Source: Chlamydiia bacterium (lineage in GTDB: Bacteria > Chlamydiota > Chlamydiia > Chlamydiales > 2-12-FULL-49-11). Taken from it: 21,174 nt of DNA. Made by a program: the position numbers and the translations under genes. Of the stretch, positions 1 to 8,600 are shown in pieces. The notes beneath the pieces are model-generated. The model searched no databases. It saw only the letters and a program-made list of their open reading frames with translations, and was not told the DNA's origin. How positions within the stretch are numbered: position 1 is the stretch's first letter; each line of letters starts with the position of its first letter. The stretch is from the NCBI GenBank assembly GCA_044359535.1, contig JBIKLZ010000018.1, forward strand, positions 1 through 21,174, given 5' to 3'.

Positions 1-285
1 TTTTATTTGATTTTGTTCATCTAAAATAGACTTTTTCAATTTTTGACAAAGAATAGCTAAGTGGGTGCTTAATCCCACAGAAACAAGAGCCATCACGCCA
101 AAGGTGATTCCCAAAATAACAGTCACAATGGGTGTAAATAGAAATACAGATACAACCGTTGCAATTAAAAGAGCGCCAAAAAGAACCCAAGAGGTTGCTG
201 AAACACCCTTAAAAATCTTAATACCAACATTTAACGACAACTTAATCGATCCATCTAACACTGGATGTCCATCTATTGTTAGCAT
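1..285 (-). CDS. Inc-like membrane protein with bilobed hydrophobic domain (3' end runs off the window)
   Basis: ATG at 285 with GAGGGG RBS; manual translation is open to base 1: MLTIDGHPVLDGSIKLSLNVGIKIFKGVSATSWVLFGALLIATVVSVFLFTPIVTVILGITFGVMALVSVGLSTHLAILCQKLKKSILDEQNQIK; about 45-aa two-helix hydrophobic stretch followed by a charged tail. Not in the ORF track because it has no stop. Confidence 0.75.
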   Translation of the reverse strand, partial: MLTIDGHPVLDGSIKLSLNVGIKIFKGVSATSWVLFGALLIATVVSVFLFTPIVTVILGITFGVMALVSVGLSTHLAILCQKLKKSILDEQNQIK

Positions 286-369
286 AACCCCTCTTTTTTA
301 ATAAAAAGTCTATCACATCCTGAGTAAAACAACAATTAACAAAAACATCGCTTTAAATATTGAGTATTT

Positions 370-2556
370 ATGAAAATTCTATTTATAGTATTGATTTTTT
401 TAAATTCATTTCATATGTTTACGTATATGCCAAAGAATCGATACGCAAACCCTTTTGACTTAATCACTCCTGACGGGAAGATTATTAAAATAGAGAAAAC
501 TTCTGAGACAAGTGTGACCGTTTTAGTCCTTATTGAGGATATAAACGCCAATTTTATAGGGTATCATCTTGACCCTCAAGATATTAAATTTAATATTAAA
601 AGTACATTTGCCCAACTTGGAATCACAAGCATTTTAAAAGAAATGGAAATTGATAAAGGTAAAGGGGTAGCAAGGGTTGAAGTGATCCTCCTTTCTTTCA
701 ATTCGATAGGGGGTATTTTGCTGTCGTTATTAAAGGTGGGGGTATTTGTTGGAAAGCTGTTTGCAAAGGATCCAAGGAGGATTATCCGTTCATCGGATTA
801 TTTATACCGACTTTTTGATAAAGTGGATCATAATGGAGAGCCGTTATTAATCTTTTCAGAAGAGTATAAGACAGAAGAAATTATCGATGATAGTGAAAAA
901 AACCGTGTTTTAGTGAGAATCCCCCTTAGAAAGGGGCATTTTATTTACGATGAATATATAAAAGGGTTTTTGCCAACAGTTGTTAAAGGGTTATGTGAAA
1001 ACAAACCCTCATTTCGAAAATTTTTATACCTTCATCAACAGCATATTGATGCTCCACGGGTGATTCCGAAAAATGATTTTCTTTTAGTAAAGACCATGAC
1101 AATGAGTGTAAGGACGCTATTTTCTTGTGTAGCTCATGATGCGTTGCCGAAAGGGTATCGTCATGCAAGTGCCGATGTATTAGAGCCTCAAAAAACAAGT
1201 GGAGATATATTTGAATTTCATTGTGACAATCCGAAAAATCCACCGACAGAAGAGATTACACACATTCCACTTGAATTTTACTCATTAGAACCGCACAGAG
1301 AATTTTTTTTCTTTTCTGACAAGGAGTCGCTTAAAGAAAGCCTTAAAAAAAAGGAGGTGGTGTTTAAAGCCCTTGCATCAGCCCCCCTTGAGAATCATTG
1401 TTCAACATTTATAGTGAAAAAATATCAGCTCCATGAATTAAAGGAGGAGGATTGGACAATTGCAGACCCTGAGTTACATAGATACTTACCTGACTTTGCA
1501 AGGACAAGGGAGGATAAATCAATAATCCATGAGTACATAACAAGACAATCGGAATATCCGATTTTAAAATCGATGCAAGAGGGGTATATTACTTCTCAAG
1601 GGATTTTATTTTCGAAGGTATTTCCATCGAACCTGCTATTAAATTTTTTGATTAATGAACATGTGGCCCATTGTTTAAAAGGGATCTATTTTTTAACGCC
1701 GTCAAACACTCACGGAAACTATTTTTCACATGATGATCGATCGTTGCTTCGAAATTTGGCAAAGCAAGATATTGATGTTTTTTGGGCAGATAAGGAAACT
1801 GATCTTTTGTTGAAATACACCCCCCGAAAGAATATGGATACAGGGTTATTTGTGCCGTTAGATAAAGTGGATGATTATAAAGACGCAACGATTTTTGGAG
1901 TTTATGGGTCTCGTTTTGAGATTACCAATTACGAAGAGGAGTTAAGAGCGCTGTTTACAGGGCTTATTGAAATGAAATCGCGAGTTGACCATGATTTATT
2001 TCAAAAGCACCATACGATTGCAATAGCTACCGGTGGGGGTCCTGGAATTATGTCTATGGGGAATAAGATAGCCTCTGAATTGGGGCTTTTATCTATTGGG
2101 CACGCCGTAGATTTTAGAAGACCGCATGAAAAAGATGAGCTAGGAGAAACGATGAATCACTATATTCAAGGGAGGATGACCTATCGACTTGAACAAGTGA
2201 TTATTCGACAATCGGAATTTGGACTAGATTTTCCTATTTTTTTTGAAGGGGGCATTGGCACAGATTTTGAATATGCCCTTGAGTTGTTAAGAACACAAGT
2301 GGGATCCAAAAAGCCAACCCCGCTGCTGCTATTTGGAGAAGAGGCCTATTGGAGAGGAAAAATCACATCGAATTATCAAATGAATCTTGAGCATGGAACG
2401 ATCAAAGGATCGGAATGGATTTCTAATTGTTTTTATTGTGTACAAAATCACAAGCAAGCGTTGTCGATATACTATAAATTTTTCACAGGGTCGCTTCCTA
2501 TTGGATGTAATTTTAAGGGTTCGAAAGAGGGATTTATGACTGTCCCCTCATTTTAA
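370..2556 (+). CDS. Conserved chlamydial CT387-like protein with C-terminal LOG/lysine-decarboxylase-like domain
   Basis: 728-aa ORF; C-terminal motifs IATGGGPGIM and FFEGGIGTDFE (LOG-family GGGxGxM and PGGxGTxxE); N-terminal DLITPDG resembles the chlamydial family as recalled. True start may be ATG 415 or 427. Confidence 0.75.
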   Translation: MKILFIVLIFLNSFHMFTYMPKNRYANPFDLITPDGKIIKIEKTSETSVTVLVLIEDINANFIGYHLDPQDIKFNIKSTFAQLGITSILKEMEIDKGKGVARVEVILLSFNSIGGILLSLLKVGVFVGKLFAKDPRRIIRSSDYLYRLFDKVDHNGEPLLIFSEEYKTEEIIDDSEKNRVLVRIPLRKGHFIYDEYIKGFLPTVVKGLCENKPSFRKFLYLHQQHIDAPRVIPKNDFLLVKTMTMSVRTLFSCVAHDALPKGYRHASADVLEPQKTSGDIFEFHCDNPKNPPTEEITHIPLEFYSLEPHREFFFFSDKESLKESLKKKEVVFKALASAPLENHCSTFIVKKYQLHELKEEDWTIADPELHRYLPDFARTREDKSIIHEYITRQSEYPILKSMQEGYITSQGILFSKVFPSNLLLNFLINEHVAHCLKGIYFLTPSNTHGNYFSHDDRSLLRNLAKQDIDVFWADKETDLLLKYTPRKNMDTGLFVPLDKVDDYKDATIFGVYGSRFEITNYEEELRALFTGLIEMKSRVDHDLFQKHHTIAIATGGGPGIMSMGNKIASELGLLSIGHAVDFRRPHEKDELGETMNHYIQGRMTYRLEQVIIRQSEFGLDFPIFFEGGIGTDFEYALELLRTQVGSKKPTPLLLFGEEAYWRGKITSNYQMNLEHGTIKGSEWISNCFYCVQNHKQALSIYYKFFTGSLPIGCNFKGSKEGFMTVPSF

Positions 2557-2586
2557 TTGACAATTAAACTTTCCATTTTATATATT
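2557..2586 (+). promoter_or_regulatory. Candidate sigma66/sigma70 promoter
   Basis: TTGACA 2557-2562, TATATT 2581-2586 (18-bp spacer), AGGAG RBS before ATG 2615. Confidence 0.45.
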
Positions 2587-2614
2587 TGATTTTTAAAATC
2601 TTACAGGAGTTAAA

Positions 2615-3379
2615 ATGAAAAAGAATTTTGTCATGTGCCTTGCTTGTATTTCTCTTTTTGGGGATCCGATAAAAGAGATACCGAATGAATTAATGAGTGC
2701 ATTTACAGAGAATGGAACTATTAAAGTGAATTCTTGGTATTTAAATGATGCGTACAGTTCAGATAGGCCTATTAGATGGACGGTGGCTGAAATAAAAAGG
2801 TATTGTGGACAGATAGCAAGGGGTCAATCGTATTATTACGGAGATACTGATAGCTATTTATATAATGCGTTAAGAGATTTTCCTATTAGAGGAAAAAGTG
2901 TTGCGGTGGTGGGTTCTGTGACGCCTTGGTATGAGTCGGTTGTATTGACCTATAGAGGGAAGCCGACAACAATTGAATACAATAAGATTATCTGTGATCA
3001 CCCGAAGATTGAGGTTTTTACAGTGAAGGAATTTGAAGCACATCCAAAGAAATTTGATGCGATCATATCGATTTCGAGTATTGAGCATGATGGGTTGGGG
3101 AGGTATGGAGATCCTATTAATCCGTATGGAGATTTTGAAGCGATGGAAAAATGTCGTAAGATGTTAAAGCCAGGAGGATTTTTTTATTTAGCCGTTCCGG
3201 TGACAGAGGATAGTATTACGTTTAATGCGCACAAGACGTATGGGAGGATTCGGTTGCCGAAGCTTCTTTCGGGATGGAATGTGGTAAGAAGTTATGGTTT
3301 TGATGAATCAAATTTTGAATATGATAGTAAGACCATGTGGGGTCATCAACCAGTATTTGTGTTGCAATCAGAAGAGTAA
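2615..3379 (+). CDS. DUF268-like class I SAM-dependent methyltransferase with N-terminal signal-like peptide
   Basis: Motifs VAVVGSVTPWYE, FDAIISISSIEHDGLGRYGDPINPYGD and LKPGGFFYLAVP typical of DUF268; N-terminus MKKNFVMCLACISLFG. Confidence 0.8.
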   Translation: MKKNFVMCLACISLFGDPIKEIPNELMSAFTENGTIKVNSWYLNDAYSSDRPIRWTVAEIKRYCGQIARGQSYYYGDTDSYLYNALRDFPIRGKSVAVVGSVTPWYESVVLTYRGKPTTIEYNKIICDHPKIEVFTVKEFEAHPKKFDAIISISSIEHDGLGRYGDPINPYGDFEAMEKCRKMLKPGGFFYLAVPVTEDSITFNAHKTYGRIRLPKLLSGWNVVRSYGFDESNFEYDSKTMWGHQPVFVLQSEE

Positions 3380-3389
3380 GAAAAAGTAG

Positions 3390-3418
3390 TTGCAATGAAG
3401 AGAGTTGTTGAGTATACT
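3390..3418 (+). promoter_or_regulatory. tRNA promoter
   Basis: TTGCAA 3390-3395, 17-bp spacer, TATACT 3413-3418, 17 nt upstream of the tRNA. Confidence 0.7.
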
Positions 3419-3435
3419 TTCTTGAACAAACTTTA

Positions 3436-3509
3436 GGGGCAATAGCTCAGTTGGTTAGAGCAACGGACTCATAACCCGTTGGTCGCTGGTTCAAGTCCAG
3501 CTTGCCCCA
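3436..3509 (+). tRNA. tRNA with CAT anticodon, probably tRNA-Ile2 (lysidine); elongator Met not excluded
   Basis: Acceptor stem GGGGCAA/TTGCCCC, D arm GCTC-AGTTGGTTA-GAGC, anticodon loop CTCATAA, T arm GCTGG-TTCAAGT-CCAGC, which matches E. coli ileX as recalled; fully paired 1-72 argues against fMet; CCA not encoded. Confidence 0.93.
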
Positions 3510-3599
3510 TATTTCTCCACTCCTCTTTATCCATAAAGCCTCTGGACTCAATTTTGCTAATGTTCTTAAATGGTAGCAAGATCACCCAAAGACTACCCT

Positions 3600-4034
3600 A
3601 TGAAAAAACACTTAAGCTATTCTCTGTTTTTTATCTTATCGTTCACTTCACTATTTGCTCTAGATACCAATGATCTCAATGCAATCGATAAAATCGTCGA
3701 GCACTTTACACATGCATGGAATGATTGTGAAGGAAAAGGATCTGGAGATTACTATAGTCAAGATGCAGATTTTGTGAATATATTTGGGATGGCTTTCTCT
3801 GGAAAGCAGGAAATTGAGAGTCGCCATGTGAAGATCCATGAAACTTTTTTAAAGGGTTCTATATTTGAAGTGATTGAATTAAAAATAAGGGAGGCAAAAC
3901 CTGAGGTTGTGATTGCTCAAGTCTATTGGAAGGTCACTAATATTCAAAAGCCCGGAGCAGAAACTATGAAAGGCATTTTTACTCACACTTTCATTAAAAA
4001 CAAGGGCTCATGGGAAATTGCAACCTTTTTCTAG
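3600..4034 (+). CDS. SgcJ/EcaC-like NTF2/SnoaL-fold protein with signal peptide; last codons supplied by an IS3 end
   Basis: AWN, DADFVNIFG..FSGKQEIE..H and WEI motifs; likely start ATG 3600 (MKKHLSYSLFFILSFTSLFA); sequence from about 4014 is the IS3 repeat. Confidence 0.75.
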   Translation: MKKHLSYSLFFILSFTSLFALDTNDLNAIDKIVEHFTHAWNDCEGKGSGDYYSQDADFVNIFGMAFSGKQEIESRHVKIHETFLKGSIFEVIELKIREAKPEVVIAQVYWKVTNIQKPGAETMKGIFTHTFIKNKGSWEIATFF

Positions 4035-4298
4035 ACGCTAAGAATAAGCACATTGTTTTTTAAAATAGTCCTCTTCAAATGTTCTTGGAGAAACATATCC
4101 CAAACTAGAATGACTCCTTTTGCCATTTTAAAAAACCTCTATGAATTCAAATATATTATTTATAGTCTCTTCTCTGGTTTGAATCTCAGTTAGGTAAATA
4201 TACTTTGTTTTTAAGGTGTGAAAAAAGCTCTCTTTTGCTGCATTATCATAACAGCTTCCAGGGTTCATAATTCCTTTTGTAAAAAAAATTTTTTAATA
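4014..4298 (-). mobile_element. IS3-family right-end remnant, copy 1
   Basis: Minus strand gives GSCYDNAAKESFFHTLK...IFEFIEVF* then, frameshifted, KRSHSSLGYVSPRTFEE, the IS3 OrfB C-terminus; terminal IR-like GAAATTGCAACCTTTTTCTAGACGC; near-identical to 6335-6619. Confidence 0.85.
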
Positions 4299-4380
4299 TA
4301 ATAAAAACGCTTAAAAAACTTTCAATAATTTTGTTATATTCTATTAATATTGTATAATTTTCATAAAAAGGACGCGAATT

Positions 4381-5031
4381 ATGCCAAACAACCCTAAATT
4401 ACAAAATGAACCTTTTCAATTAAGCCTTAAAAGCTTTCTCCCAGGAGACTGGGATTATCAAGGTGTAAAAGATAACGAAGGTGAGGTAATCAAATGGCAG
4501 TATACAGATATACCCATGTATGTACTAGATAACCATACCGGTGCTTTTTATTTGAATCAGCCTAATGATCATTTAAGAATAAAATTAGCGTTCCTAACAG
4601 GACTTTTAGCTGGCGTTCTTGGTAATGCTATAAGCTTAACAATTAATGCGGGTTATCGAGCTTTGAAAATAGCCTCTTTCTCACATTTTTGGCTACCGAT
4701 GTCAAAAATTGATCCAAATAAAAATGATGGATCTTATCACTTTCTTATCAGATTAGCTGCATTTGCTAAAGATCTTGCAAGAATCATAGCAACACCTTTT
4801 GCTTACATAGCAATACTTTTTACCAGCTTGTTAGGTTCTATAATGCCTACAAAAAATGGTCCTAAAGATGCAATGAAGATTTTTTCATCTATTGAAATAG
4901 CTATGTATGGAGGTCTTTGTGGAGAAGGTCCTTTGAAAAAAAATGGTCATTTTTGTTGGGCCCCATGCTATCAACCAAACCCCACTTTTCATGGATTAGG
5001 TGGTGATATTAAAGAGGAAAGGGCCTTTTAA
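4381..5031 (+). CDS. Hypothetical membrane protein
   Basis: 216-aa ORF, AAAGGA RBS, two hydrophobic segments, C-terminal WAPCYQP; no family recognised. Confidence 0.7.
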   Translation: MPNNPKLQNEPFQLSLKSFLPGDWDYQGVKDNEGEVIKWQYTDIPMYVLDNHTGAFYLNQPNDHLRIKLAFLTGLLAGVLGNAISLTINAGYRALKIASFSHFWLPMSKIDPNKNDGSYHFLIRLAAFAKDLARIIATPFAYIAILFTSLLGSIMPTKNGPKDAMKIFSSIEIAMYGGLCGEGPLKKNGHFCWAPCYQPNPTFHGLGGDIKEERAF

Positions 5032-5142
5032 AAGGTTTTTAGACAACAAATGCATTTTGAACTAGAGTTGCCCTATTAGGCCTATTACTCGAGGGAAATT
5101 TCTTGAACTCATAAGATCAGGAAATATCCATCGTTATATTCC

Positions 5143-5433
5143 TCAACGCAAGATTTTATCCAAAGAAAGCGGAGGAAATAGTAAAACCAATTTGTAGATC
5201 AAATTTAGAGTGGGATTACATCTTTTCTCAAGTCTTTGATAACTATAAATAGCTTTCATTCCCAATTGATCTGCAGCTTCTCTTTCCGTTAATCCCTGCT
5301 TTATTCGTTGATATCGAATAGAAAAAGCAAGAGCTACGGAAGGATTGACAGGAACTTCAACAACATTACGCTCTTCTTTGATGGATGCTTTGGGGCATGG
5401 GAGCTAAATATTCATAATCTTCAACATCCTGTA
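5143..5433 (-). pseudogene. hicB: HicB-like antitoxin with XRE HTH, 5'-truncated and frameshifted
   Basis: Manual translation LQDVEDYEYLAPM/PKASIKEERNVVEVPVNPSVALAFSIRYQRIKQGLTEREAADQLGMKAIYSYQRLEKRCNPTLNLIYKLVLLFPPLSLDKILR*. Confidence 0.7.
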
Positions 5434-5434
5434 A

Positions 5435-5785
5435 ATTGAAGAGCTGATCGGATTAGCGAAGCAGCTGCGCAATGATCAACAACGAAGAGAAGAGCTGGGA
5501 CTATCCGATGACGAAGTCGCCTTCTATGATGCGCTTTGTACTAATGGCAGTGCGGAATCAATCATGGGTGATGATCGGTTAAGAGCTTTAGCACAGGAGC
5601 TGGTTCGAATGGTGCGCAGCAGCGTGACTGTTGACTGGACGTTAAAGGAGTCAGCGCGTGCCGCAATTCGTCGTGATGTAAAGCGGCTCCTTAGGAAGTA
5701 TGGATACCCTCCGAATAAAGAACTGTTAGCCACCGATCGCATCATACAGCAGGCAGAGACTTTATGTGAGGATTGGACAAAATGA
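5435..5785 (+). pseudogene. hsdR: Type I restriction subunit R, C-terminal (DUF3387-like) fragment
   Basis: IEELIGLAK...ELGLSDDEVAFYDAL...VTVDWTLKESARAAIRRDVKRLLRKYGYPP; frame begins right after an in-frame TAA at 5432-5434; visibly more GC-rich than flanks. Confidence 0.9.
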
Positions 5786-6363
5786 CCACAACCCGAAATA
5801 TCGATCAAATGTCCTGCGTATCACTTGTTGTAGAGCCTATCATTCAACACGCTGGTTGTGAAGCCATCGAATGCGGCTCCGCCACAGGTTTCGTGGTCGA
5901 AAAAGAGGTCTCACACTTTCTAGTGACTAATTATCACGTTGTCTCCGGAAGAAGATCTACCGATGGAGCAGTCATTTATCCGACTGAAGGGACACCTACT
6001 CATCTTAGGTGTATATTCCATGGACAAAGGCTCGGCACTTGGCAGCAAAAAATCGTCCCTTTTTTCGATAAGAATGACAAGCCCACTTGGCTTCATACTG
6101 TGATTAACGACTCCGATATTTTCAAATTTGCAGATGTTGCGGTCATTCCCCTTGAGCACACCGAGGAAATAGCACTTTATCCAGTTGCTATCGATAAATC
6201 CGATGACATTCGCTCATCTCCTTGCTCTGAAGCTACCGTTTTGGGATATCCAGGGGGCAAGTCTTCTTATAAGTATTTTCCGATTTGGGTTACGGGCTAC
6301 ATTGCCTCTGAACGACAGCTTGATTATGCAGACCTGAAATTGCAATCTTTTTCTAGACGCTAA
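5782..6363 (+). pseudogene. Trypsin-like serine protease truncated by IS3 end before the catalytic Ser
   Basis: GSATGFVV, LVTNYHVV (His), ADVAVI (Asp), VLGYPGG; no GxSGS motif; IS3 IR begins at 6335; ATGA overlap with the hsdR stop. Confidence 0.8.
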
Positions 6364-6619
6364 GAATAAGCACATTGTTTTCAAAAATTCTCCTCTTCAA
6401 ATGTTCTTGGAGAAACATATCCCAAACTAGAATGACTCCTTTTACCATTTTAAAAACCCTCTATAAATTCAAATATATTATTTATAGTCTCTTCTCTAGT
6501 TTGCATCTCAGTTAGGTAAATATACTTTGTTTTTAAGGTGTGAAAAAAGCTCTCTTTTGCTGCATTATCATAACAGCTTCCAGGGTTCATAATTCCTTTT
6601 GTAAAAAAAAATTTTAATA
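6335..6619 (-). mobile_element. IS3-family right-end remnant, copy 2
   Basis: Begins TGAAATTGCAATCTTTTTCTAGACGC (TG terminus as in IS3); direct repeat of 4014-4298. Confidence 0.85.
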
Positions 6620-6695
6620 CACCTTTTCAAAAGTTAAGTGCAAAAATATTTCGCTGGTTGATTTCAACCACTTCCGTAAAAAATGCCTAAAAGCC

Positions 6696-6864
6696 TTACA
6701 GTAGAAAGGGCAATAGCACGTTGGAAGAGACTTTTTGGACCTGCACTTCAAAGTAGAAATCAATAAAATCAAGATAATTGAATAAAATGAAGGTTGCATA
6801 AGAGAGACTTGCTCTACTTTATAAAATGGATCTAGGTCCTTTTAGTGAATTAGGAAACACTCCC
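6696..6864 (+). mobile_element. IS5-family (IS903 group) right-end fragment
   Basis: TVERAIARWKRLFGPALQSR...LNKMKVA*, ending in IRR GTGAATTAGGAAACACTCCC; inverted copy of 9382-9575 with a small internal deletion. Confidence 0.8.
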
Positions 6865-7071
6865 GTCCATTTAGAAAGAGCTTCTTCATCTAACCAAAAA
6901 TTAATGCTACCACGATTAACTAGAGATGTATTATAATTCTTCCAATCACGATTTGTCTTTTGCATGAGATTTTCCTTTGTTTTTGAGTACTTTAGGATAT
7001 CTCATGCGTTTTTTGTTAATCAAGAAACATTTTAGAACTTATATTTTTTTGATGAATTAGGAAACACCCCC
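6865..7071 (-). mobile_element. IS5-family (IS903 group) left end with degraded transposase N-terminus
   Basis: IRL GGGGGTGTTTCCTAATTCATC; ATG at 6965 gives MQKTNRDWKNYN/SLVNRGSINFWLDEEALSKW, matching the IS903-type NWxxYNxxLxxRGSxxFW motif. Confidence 0.85.
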
Positions 7072-7093
7072 CCAAATATAGACCTAAAAACCC

Positions 7094-7852
7094 TTATTTC
7101 TTTAAACAAGTGAATTTTTTTATAACAAACCCCTCTTTAAAATCACACCTTTCATCCATTGAATCAAACGAAACTCCCCTACTTATCATTTTTTTTCCAA
7201 TAAATTGAGATAGAATAGAATGTAGATACTCTTTATCCCCATCAAGATATCCCACAAGATATTTTTGATCCTTTTCAACTCTCCATGTAGCCGGTTGGAA
7301 ATAGAAAATTTCTCCATTTTCAAAACAGAACGTAGGTTGACCATTTTTGTCATAGATAATTTTCTCCACAATTAAACCTTCATTGTTAATATCTTGTTTT
7401 TTAAAAGTCTCTATGAGGGTAAAATGTTTTGCTCTTGAATTAACCCTATTTATCGCTTCCTCATTATGGGTATCCACCCCAATATCTGATTCATCAGGAA
7501 AAATAAGTGTCCATTGATTTTCATTTCTATGATCAAAAAAGGTTTTTAATTTTATCTTATCGGAAAAATAAAATTCTGCATCCAAAAATTGAGAACTAAA
7601 TTCTAATTTCTCATATTTTTTCCCCACTAGTTGTTGAATATTAAATTCAATATCACTTCTTAAATCCCCAGAGCCTACAAGAGTTTGTCCATTTTTAGAA
7701 ATTCTCCATGAGGCGTTACTTACCCATATAGACCCTTTTCCACACTCGATAAAAATATTAGATCCGATTGAATTAAAAGCACGATTCACCTTAAAACCTT
7801 TTCTTTGTCTATTCCACTCTTCATACTTATTTAAAAACTCTTCATTTTCCAT
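7094..7852 (-). CDS. Hypothetical protein with two internal repeats, possible toxin immunity protein
   Basis: Repeats WRISKNGQTLVG...LVGKK...F and WRVEKDQKYLVG...FIGKK...F; start overlaps the stop of the upstream relic frame. Confidence 0.6.
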   Translation of the reverse strand: MENEEFLNKYEEWNRQRKGFKVNRAFNSIGSNIFIECGKGSIWVSNASWRISKNGQTLVGSGDLRSDIEFNIQQLVGKKYEKLEFSSQFLDAEFYFSDKIKLKTFFDHRNENQWTLIFPDESDIGVDTHNEEAINRVNSRAKHFTLIETFKKQDINNEGLIVEKIIYDKNGQPTFCFENGEIFYFQPATWRVEKDQKYLVGYLDGDKEYLHSILSQFIGKKMISRGVSFDSMDERCDFKEGFVIKKFTCLKK

Positions 7853-8113
7853 AAAACAACCAATACCCCTCTTCCACTAATTCATGAAAATTATAATTAT
7901 GACCGGTTAGAAATATGAATGAGTATATATTACCTCATCGAAAGGAGAGATTCTTTCAATGTGCAATAAAAAAGAACCTTCATAAAGGTACCGAACAGCT
8001 CCTAAATTTCCCAAAGAGAAAGTCTTAACCTCAGCATAAAGCGAAAATAAAATCAGAATGTAAAGAAATTTCAATAAAAACCTCAAAAGAACTACTTTAT
8101 TTTTTTTCATCAA
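7842..8113 (-). pseudogene. Internally deleted RHS/YD-like secreted protein (N-terminus plus last about 22 codons)
   Basis: Signal peptide then LGAVRYLYEGSFLLHIERISPFDEVIYTHSY (YD-like), then out of frame LTGHNYNFHELVEEGYWLFYGK* overlapping the next ATG. Confidence 0.5.
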
Positions 8114-8143
8114 TTTTTAAAAGATTTTTTTTAACATTAGCGA

Positions 8144-8246
8144 GGGAGTGTTTCCTAATTCACTAATTAGAATATCTGATGGGTTTCTTGTTAATGAAGA
8201 AACATTTTAGAACTTATATTTTTTTGATGAATTAGGAAACACACCC
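8144..8246 (-). mobile_element. 103-bp MITE derived from the IS903-group element
   Basis: GGGAGTGTTTCCTAATTCA...TGAATTAGGAAACACACCC terminal IRs; inverted near-identical copy of 12309-12411. Confidence 0.9.
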
Positions 8247-8600
8247 GAGCACTATCAGGAAATTCTTCCTATTGTATATCAACAATTATTATCTAATATG
8301 ATTCATTGGGAATTAGCACAAACTGTTTTTCCCATAAGGATGAATAGAGTAGATGCTTCAAAAACGCTTTACTTTAATCCTGATTTAGTCAATGTTGATG
8401 GAAACCATACGAAAGATGCAGTCTATGAGGATCTTTGTCCATGGTACCCCTTTATAGAATAAACAGGTATTTTATGTGGGGATGGCGGGTCTTGGCCTTC
8501 TGTAAGAAAAGCTATTAAAAGATTCCCAAAAGAAAGAAACAAAAAGTTATATGCAAAAGGTAATTTCTGGTGCTTATACAATAAACTAATGGGGTTTTAG
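8247..8600 (+). pseudogene. Class I SAM methyltransferase (Methyltransf_24-like) C-terminal fragment
   Basis: PDLVNVDGNHTKDAVYEDLCPWYPFIE*TGILCGDGGSWPSVRKAI; in-frame TAA at 8460-8462; 5' part missing at the MITE boundary; stop abuts ATG 8601. Confidence 0.75.

Noticed and set aside
65-301. 78-aa + strand ORF
   Set aside because: Antisense shadow of the minus-strand Inc-like gene.
3480-3509. tRNA 3' end as attachment site of an integrated element
   Set aside because: No duplicate of the tRNA end and no integrase seen in the window.
3479-3673. 64-aa ORF
   Set aside because: Starts inside the tRNA and overlaps the real gene in another frame.
6614-6799. 61-aa minus-strand ORF
   Set aside because: Antisense to the IS903-group right-end fragment.
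8141-8249. Target-site duplication around the 8144 MITE
   Set aside because: Apparent 2-4 bp matches depend on shifting the ends, and the two flanks belong to unrelated genes, suggesting a rearranged site.
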